Shown piece after piece: positions 57,709 to 64,000 of a stretch of DNA of 64,000 nucleotides. The stretch is from a virus. The stretch lies in the IMG/VR virus record IMGVR_UViG_3300042691_051382. The stretch is one strand, 5' to 3'. Each line of letters opens with the position of its first letter. The stretch's first letter is position 1. The position numbers and the translations under genes were made by a program. The notes under the pieces were generated by a model. That model worked only from the letters and a program-made list of their open reading frames with translations. It was not told the DNA's origin and ran no database searches.

Positions 57709-58379
57709 ATTGACACTGTATATTTTCTTGCAGTTAAACCCACACTAGCTTGATTTATTAATTCGTATTTTAGAGTAGATAAACCTTCGTTTTTATGGAT
57801 CTTATTTTCTTCTGCCTTTTGTTGATGAAGTCTTTGTATATTTCTACCATATGCTTCGGCAGTTAAAACTTGTTTTTCATGCGACAAGCTTTGATATCTA
57901 TTTGGGCGACGTTCAAATCCAAGATTCTCTTTCATGCATCTATTGTACATATCGTCGTCTTCGCCACCCCATCCCCAATATTCATTACTATAACCATTAA
58001 CTTTCATAAAATCTTCTTTGGAAAACAGTGCTACTCCACCAAACAAAGCTTCATATGGAAGTTGATAGTCAAACTGTGAACAATAAGCCGACATGTGTGT
58101 AGGGCATTTAGGATAAGAATAATCCGCAGTTTCTGGTATCAAATCTATATCATGAAATGCAAAATAATCACACTCATCTTTTGATAAATCATAACCAATA
58201 TTCATTAATTTTGCACGATTAAAAAGTTTATCGTGCTTGTGTTGCTCTACGATATAGATTGCGTGATCTAAATTTTGTTTTTTGAAGAAATGATACATAT
58301 ACGGCACAAATATGCGCATATGATTTTCACGATCTCTATATGGAACAACTATTGCGAGTTTATGATTGTTGCTCGTCAA
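57705..58379 (-). CDS. GT7 beta-1,4-galactosyltransferase-like protein
   Basis: IVVPYRDR, FNRAKLMNIG, FHDIDL, NGYSN.YWGWGGEDDD. Confidence 0.88.
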   Translation of the reverse strand: MTSNNHKLAIVVPYRDRENHMRIFVPYMYHFFKKQNLDHAIYIVEQHKHDKLFNRAKLMNIGYDLSKDECDYFAFHDIDLIPETADYSYPKCPTHMSAYCSQFDYQLPYEALFGGVALFSKEDFMKVNGYSNEYWGWGGEDDDMYNRCMKENLGFERRPNRYQSLSHEKQVLTAEAYGRNIQRLHQQKAEENKIHKNEGLSTLKYELINQASVGLTARKYTVSI

Positions 58380-58860
58380 TGTTCACCTCATTACCATACA
58401 TAAATTCTTTGGCAACTGCTGCTTCCAATTGCTGCATCACATCATCGGTGTAATATTTTTCTGGGTTTTCGTTAATGTTCTTTTCAAACGCCTTGCTGCC
58501 ATCTGGCATTTCATAGCGCGTGCTGACTTTCTTGAAGATACCATACTTTTCGGCAATCGGCAACAAGCCATAATACTTGTTGAGACCCGTGTCGTAACGC
58601 AACAACACATCCACCATCGTGTTTTCTTTAGTGAATCGACCCTTGTCGAGCTTGCAGTGAATCACATTACCCACCACTTCGTTGTCGATCTTTTCTTTGC
58701 GCTTGCTAAGGAAAAGAACCGTAGATGCGGCATAACGAAGACCAGAATTGTGAGACACTAATCCATTTTCTAATATGTAATGATGGTCGTGTTCTACATT
58801 AATATCGTACACTACATTGGTTGTTTGTTTTTTGATTTTTTTAATTTTCAATGTTTTCAT
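58360..58860 (-). CDS. uvsX: C-intein (38 aa, 58747-58860) fused to the C-terminal half of UvsX
   Basis: VYDINVE.DH.Y...NG.VSHN|S, then GLRYAASTVLFLSKRKEK. Confidence 0.92.
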   Translation of the reverse strand: MKTLKIKKIKKQTTNVVYDINVEHDHHYILENGLVSHNSGLRYAASTVLFLSKRKEKIDNEVVGNVIHCKLDKGRFTKENTMVDVLLRYDTGLNKYYGLLPIAEKYGIFKKVSTRYEMPDGSKAFEKNINENPEKYYTDDVMQQLEAAVAKEFMYGNEVNIDEQQS

Positions 58861-59563
58861 TTTTAATCTCTTTTATATCCTTTATTCCATATTTTGTCCA
58901 AAGATGTTTGAATCTACAATCATTTAATTTAGCACCTAATTCTGCACTTTTTTTTAAATATATCCCAAGATGTCTCTTGTTTTTTAATATGACTTTCTTA
59001 CCATTACAAAACTCCACTGAAATAGGTATACTTCTTGATTTACTAATTTTTTGTTTGGTTTTTTTAGTGTGTTTTTTACCGTAAAAAGGGTTATTTATTC
59101 CTTTGAATTTTCCCTTGTGAGCATTTTTTATTGATTGTTTAGTTTTTTCTGTGTGTTTTTTACCGTAAAAAGGGTTATCTTTTCCAAAACGTCCTTTACC
59201 ATAAAAAGGATTATTTTTTCCGCTAAAATATTTTGACAATCTAATCCGAATATTTTCAAACGAGCGACTTGTATATCTAATTCCTTTTGCTCGATGTGGT
59301 GTTGATTTCATAATATGAAAAGCGTATGCCATTTTTCTTTTTGATTCTAAGTCGCTCACCATTTCTATTAACAGCAAATGACATATGTAGTGTTCTTTTG
59401 CTGTTAAACTCACCTTATTAAATTTACAATTTTTCCCACCTAAAGAAACTGGGATAATATGATGTTGTTCCACATAACAATCAGGGGTTTTTGATCTAGT
59501 TTTCGCACGTTCAATTATAGCCATATACCATTTTTTATATTTATTTTCTATAAAGATATCCAT
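58841..59563 (-). mobile_element. Free-standing HNH homing endonuclease with NUMOD3 repeats
   Basis: EQHHIIP.SLGG.N...N.V.LTAKEHYICH; NPFYG repeats; AT-rich; own TATAAATA (59569-59576). Confidence 0.88.
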
Positions 59564-59588
59564 GCTATTATTTATAATTATTCATACT

Positions 59589-60521
59589 TTAGTCCATAAC
59601 CACCAAATCATCACTTTCTGTCAAATCTTCAGCCTTTATCCAAACTAGCTCGTCTGATTGTTTGACTAAAAATTTGTGTTCGGGTGTACAAACCACAGTA
59701 TAACCGTCTTCCATCTCAATACTTACAGTCGGTTTATTCTCATATTTAAATGTTTCCAATACTTGTCTATTTCCGAACATTGTAATTACCGTATCATTTT
59801 TATTGATATCGGATATATCTTTAAAAGTTCCATCCGACATCTGAACTTTATGGCCCTCTGTTAAACATCCACCACCCATAATCTTTTGTGGGAACATGCT
59901 CATGGTTTCGTAGGTGTGGTTGGTCATGATCAGAGGAATACCCGCTTTACCAAGCTTGAGTGTGAGCACTCGGAACGTAGCCTTGGTGACCTGAGCACGT
60001 GTCATGTCGCGTGTGTCTTTGCCTTCGGCTGTGTCGTTCATTTCTTTGCTGCTGCTCAACATTCCGAGGCTATCGAGAATCATGATCATCGGCTTGCGAT
60101 CCGCAACTGGCATCTTGAGATAGTTGTCCACTACCTTGACTGCCTGATTGCGAAACTCTTCGACTGTGGCCACACCAATCACTGCCACACGGCGCGTGTC
60201 GATGTTGCGTGTGCGAAACATGTCGCTGGTGACGGCGGCTTCGCTGTCAAAGTACATGCAAACACCATCTGGATTGGCTTCCAAGAAAGTCTTTACGATA
60301 CTAAGAGCAAAGAATGTTTTGCCGGTGGCACTCTCGCCAGCCAGAGCCATAATCTTGTTGGCTGGCATACCGCCATAGAGCGATCCGCTGAGAAGTGCGT
60401 TGAGAGCGTACACGCCTGTGTCAACGAAACCTGTCACATCACCACCATCAATACCATCTTCGACGATACTGGCAAACTCGTTGCCGGTGGTTTTAACCAT
60501 GTCCTTCAAAAAGTTACTCAT
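59589..60521 (-). CDS. uvsX: N-terminal half of UvsX (RecA-like) fused to an N-intein (92 aa, 59589-59867)
   Basis: AGESATGKT, DSLG, DMTRAQ, MGGG|CLTEG...CTPEHKF...W..AEDL..D*. Confidence 0.93.
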   Translation of the reverse strand: MSNFLKDMVKTTGNEFASIVEDGIDGGDVTGFVDTGVYALNALLSGSLYGGMPANKIMALAGESATGKTFFALSIVKTFLEANPDGVCMYFDSEAAVTSDMFRTRNIDTRRVAVIGVATVEEFRNQAVKVVDNYLKMPVADRKPMIMILDSLGMLSSSKEMNDTAEGKDTRDMTRAQVTKATFRVLTLKLGKAGIPLIMTNHTYETMSMFPQKIMGGGCLTEGHKVQMSDGTFKDISDINKNDTVITMFGNRQVLETFKYENKPTVSIEMEDGYTVVCTPEHKFLVKQSDELVWIKAEDLTESDDLVVMD

Positions 60522-60535
60522 AATATATCCTTGTT

Positions 60536-60631
60536 TTATCGTGTTTTGCTATGTTCGCGGCGAATCTGTCGGAGACGATTCTGACGCTTGCGATGCTTTC
60601 GCTTCACATTAATTTGTTTGCTGTTTGGCAT
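60536..60631 (-). CDS. 31-aa basic peptide
   Basis: GAGGT RBS; MPNSKQINVKRKHRKRQNRLRQIRREHSKTR. Confidence 0.55.
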   Translation of the reverse strand: MPNSKQINVKRKHRKRQNRLRQIRREHSKTR

Positions 60632-60667
60632 AATATACCTCTTTCAAAGCTATTTATGTTGATGGTA

Positions 60668-62380
60668 TCAAGATATGATCGAAAAGTTATTCTTTATTTC
60701 AACTTTCAAATGACTATCGAATCTGTCGCTGATAACATCAGGTTTGTGACTTATTACAAAAATATGAGTTTTCTTGCTCAACACTCTCAAAAGTTTCATG
60801 AAATCTTCGGTTCCACCTGCGTCCAAACTGCTGTCAAAAACTTCATCTAGTATCAATATGTTGGTGTTGGTGCTGTTCTTTTTGCGGCTAATTTCTCGCC
60901 ATGTGAGCAGCAGTGCCATATCGATGCGGAACTTTTGACCCTGCGAAAAGCTGTTGTATTCAAACTCGTCACGATAGCGACTTTTGATAACTTCCTTGAA
61001 ATTCTCGTCGAGATTAAAGTTGACAAAGAAATCCATGGAACTCAAATATTTGTTGATAAGTTTGTTCATCACTGGTAAATACTGACGAATGATTCGCGTT
61101 TTTATACCACTGTCTTTCAACAATTCGGATGCTATTTCGTACATGTGGCGAGTATCAATGTGCTCGTCTCGTTGACACAACAACTCCGAGTATTTTTGTT
61201 CGTAATCGGCAAGTTTGTTGGTTTCTTCTTGATCGCCCAAATCAGTCTTCAACAAACGTTCGTTTTCTTGCTGCAATTTTTGAATATAAGCATTGATACC
61301 AGTTATGCTGGCATTCTTGTTTTGATATTCCAAGTTCAAACAAGTTATCTCTTGCTGAACCTTTATGATTGCATCAAAACGATCCGATATCTCTTTCTTT
61401 TTGGTGCCAAGATCTTCGTATGCTTTTTCAAATTCTTGAATTTTAGACTGTTTGAGTTGTATTACTTTCTGCTTAAAATCAGAAGTAATTTCTTGATTGC
61501 AAGTTGGACAGTCATGGGTTTCGCTGTAAAATTGGATTGTTTTTGCCAATTTTGATAATTGTGAGGAGAGTTTTCGTTCGAGTTCTTCATATTTTTGTAA
61601 CTTTCCTTTGACTGTTTGCAAGTCGTTGATACTATTGTTTCTTTGATTGATATCATTTTTAATGCTATCCATATCCAACACAAGCTTAGATATAGCTTCA
61701 TTGTTGACAGCGATTTCTTCATTATTTGTATTTATGGCTTCGGTGTTCTTGTTTTGGATCTTTTTTATATGTTCGCGTTGCATGTCCAGTTTTTCTTTTG
61801 CAATCGCAATGTCTCGATCCAAATCTTTTAAATTCTCTTTGAGTATCGAAGCCTTCTCTTTGAGAACAATATTCATGCGACTAAAAACGCGAATGTCTAA
61901 AAGCTCCTCGATTACTTCGCGTCGGTCTTGTGCCGACAGCTGCATAAAAGGAACAAAGTTGCTGGAGCCTAAAAACACCAACTGAGTAAAAGACTTGTAA
62001 TTTAGTTTTAAAATATTTTGTTCCAAAAACTTTTGATAGTCTTTGGACTTGCTTTCCTGATCTATAATCTTTCCGTCCGAATATATTTCAAATATGGTTG
62101 GCTTGATACCACGTCGAACCTTGTATTGTTTTTTACCAATATTAAATTCAACTTCAACCAAACAGTCTTTTTCGTTGATGCTATTTAATAAATTAGGTTT
62201 GTTGATGTTTCTAAATGGTATTCCAAACAAAGCAAACGTCAAAGCTTCTCCGATGGTGCTTTTTCCGCTTCCGTTCTTTCCGGAAATGAGCGTCATGTTA
62301 TTTTTCTGAAAATCTATTTCAGTGAAAAAATTACCGTACGAAAGCAAGTTTTTCCATCTAAGCTTTTGAAATTCTATCAT
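60668..62380 (-). CDS. 46: T4 gp46 Rad50/SbcC-like recombination ATPase
   Basis: GKNGSGKS, CPTC hook, FSQGQK, ILDEVFDSSLD, ISH. Confidence 0.95.
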   Translation of the reverse strand: MIEFQKLRWKNLLSYGNFFTEIDFQKNNMTLISGKNGSGKSTIGEALTFALFGIPFRNINKPNLLNSINEKDCLVEVEFNIGKKQYKVRRGIKPTIFEIYSDGKIIDQESKSKDYQKFLEQNILKLNYKSFTQLVFLGSSNFVPFMQLSAQDRREVIEELLDIRVFSRMNIVLKEKASILKENLKDLDRDIAIAKEKLDMQREHIKKIQNKNTEAINTNNEEIAVNNEAISKLVLDMDSIKNDINQRNNSINDLQTVKGKLQKYEELERKLSSQLSKLAKTIQFYSETHDCPTCNQEITSDFKQKVIQLKQSKIQEFEKAYEDLGTKKKEISDRFDAIIKVQQEITCLNLEYQNKNASITGINAYIQKLQQENERLLKTDLGDQEETNKLADYEQKYSELLCQRDEHIDTRHMYEIASELLKDSGIKTRIIRQYLPVMNKLINKYLSSMDFFVNFNLDENFKEVIKSRYRDEFEYNSFSQGQKFRIDMALLLTWREISRKKNSTNTNILILDEVFDSSLDAGGTEDFMKLLRVLSKKTHIFVISHKPDVISDRFDSHLKVEIKNNFSIIS

Positions 62381-63429
62381 TAATCAACCTCGAAGCTCTC
62401 AAGATAAAGATCGGTCATTATCTTTTTCAGAGAATTTACAGCTGCTGGTTCGTAATTTTTATTGTCATCGATATCACCGTAGATGATACTAAGCGTGTCC
62501 TGTGTTATATCTATATCATCTGTGGACGGATCTGCAAGTTCATACTCTTCGATTATATTTACTTCGTGCGGACAAACATCGTAAAGTTTTCCGATGTATT
62601 TGTCGAACAACTTGGGATTCTTTTTGTTCTTGACAACCAGTTTTACGTAACTTTTTTCGTATCGAGAAAAGTCGGGTATTTCCATCTTGTTTGTGTCGTC
62701 GTAAATCAGTCGATAAAACATCTTGTAAGGATTTTCAACAAAACAAACTTTTCGTGTTTCCGTATCAAAAACGTGAAACCCTTTTCGCTCGTCAACATCC
62801 GCAAATGTCATGTCGTATTGAGTACCAAGATAATAAACATGGCCATCGTCATTCTTTTGGTGAAAATGGCCAGAATACACGTTTTCAAATTTTTCTAAAA
62901 TGTTTTTGTTCATACCTTCTTCGGATCTGATGCCACGAAGCACTTCGAATCCTTGAAGTTCAAGATGTCCTATAGCTACCGTAGACGAGCTTTTTTGCAC
63001 AAAACTATCGAATTCGTTTTGATTGTCTGGGCATATCCAAGGCAACATAGCAAACATGAATCCTGCTACACTTGCATCTTCAAATTTTTCATAAAGTCTT
63101 ATCGACTCGTGATCGCCAAACAACTCTTTTACAGAATTCACTAAGTTTGTATTTTTATAATACACATCATGGTTGCCGAGTATGATATGCATCGTTATTT
63201 GGCGTTTTTGTAGTTCTTGTATGAAGTTCTCTCTGATAAACTTGAGAGTTTCAAAATTTACATATTTTCTTCGATCCATCAAATCGCCAAGATGAATCAA
63301 TTCTTTTATGTTGTTGGCATCCAGATACGGAAAAAATATGTCTTTAAAAAAACGATCAAAGTATTCTCGAAACACAAGAGAATCGTTTTTAAATCCAAAA
63401 TGGGTATCGTTTATTAAAGGTATCAACAT
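62380..63429 (-). CDS. 47: T4 gp47 Mre11/SbcD-like nuclease
   Basis: DTHFG, HLGD..DRRK, GNHD, GHLE, SGHFH. Confidence 0.95.
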   Translation of the reverse strand: MLIPLINDTHFGFKNDSLVFREYFDRFFKDIFFPYLDANNIKELIHLGDLMDRRKYVNFETLKFIRENFIQELQKRQITMHIILGNHDVYYKNTNLVNSVKELFGDHESIRLYEKFEDASVAGFMFAMLPWICPDNQNEFDSFVQKSSSTVAIGHLELQGFEVLRGIRSEEGMNKNILEKFENVYSGHFHQKNDDGHVYYLGTQYDMTFADVDERKGFHVFDTETRKVCFVENPYKMFYRLIYDDTNKMEIPDFSRYEKSYVKLVVKNKKNPKLFDKYIGKLYDVCPHEVNIIEEYELADPSTDDIDITQDTLSIIYGDIDDNKNYEPAAVNSLKKIMTDLYLESFEVD

Positions 63430-63431
63430 GA

Positions 63432-64000
63432 TTATATAAAATATTCATCAAGATTTGATTTTTTGCTCTTCTTTTTTGTTTTTCCAGTTCCATTTTTTTC
63501 AAAACTCTTGACATCCGAATCTTTTAAATTAAAGAAACTGGCATACAAATTGTCGTTTTGATTCTTTTCCGACAGTAAATTTTGCTCTTTGATGATCTTG
63601 CGAATTACACCTTTGTCGTCCAAGTGCTCCATCATTTTCATCTTGACATACATCTGCTTCTTTTCTTTTTGTATTCTTCTCACAAAAGCAAAGTATATTA
63701 TCTGAGTAAAGTAAGCGAATGGATTTTTTGATTTTTTAGGATCAAAGTTGTCGATGTACATCAAGCAGTTTTCTATACCATCGCCTATCATCTCTTCGCG
63801 ATGCACGTAATTGGCAAAGTTGGGTTTGGTTGCAAGCCGTTGGGCTATCATTATGATGCACGATCCAATATACTCGGACACCTTGGGCTTGGGTGGCTTT
63901 GTTTCGTTCTCGGTCAATTTCTTAATTTTCTTGTTGTATTCGGACACCTTTTCGGTATATTCAACCATTTCCTGATACATTTTTTGGTTGTCTATGTAAT
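63432..64000 (-). CDS. 55: T4 gp55 late sigma factor (5' end outside window)
   Basis: EYIG.CI..IA..L..KPNF.NY..REEMI.DGIENCL.YI.NFDP.KS.NPFAYFTQI. Confidence 0.93.
   Translation of the reverse strand, partial: YIDNQKMYQEMVEYTEKVSEYNKKIKKLTENETKPPKPKVSEYIGSCIIMIAQRLATKPNFANYVHREEMIGDGIENCLMYIDNFDPKKSKNPFAYFTQIIYFAFVRRIQKEKKQMYVKMKMMEHLDDKGVIRKIIKEQNLLSEKNQNDNLYASFFNLKDSDVKSFEKNGTGKTKKKSKKSNLDEYFI

Noticed and set aside
45242-64000. Stop-codon reassignment
   Set aside because: Core genes are full length in the standard code, there is no suppressor tRNA, and the uvsX break is explained by the split intein.

Overview
A 64-kb segment of a large T4-like (myovirus-type) phage genome. From 45.2 to 64 kb on the minus strand are T4 core genes: gp55 late sigma factor (truncated), gp47, gp46, uvsX and gp41. 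UvsX is split into two genes by a naturally split intein, with a free-standing HNH/NUMOD3 endonuclease between the halves. An AT-rich 13-gene glycan-synthesis island lies between uvsX and gp41. From 21 to 44 kb are mostly late genes behind (T/C)ATAAATA promoters, many with T4 internal-protein-like N-termini, plus a RimK-protease fusion. From 1 to 21 kb is an early/accessory region with sigma70-like promoters, a CobS/MoxR AAA plus vWA pair, many small mosaic ORFs, a family of GDG/GYG glycine-rich microproteins, and a ~1.1-kb non-coding stretch with DnaA-box-like sites and 31-bp tandem repeats. There are eight tRNA genes; tRNA-Lys(UUU) carries a 201-nt group I intron. The best candidate for something undescribed is three 'tRNA-shell' RNAs (13286-13409, 13968-14095, 25433-25577). 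Each has an acceptor stem, D-like arm and T arm, but the anticodon arm is replaced by a large branched domain. All family names come from motif recognition by eye; no searches were run.
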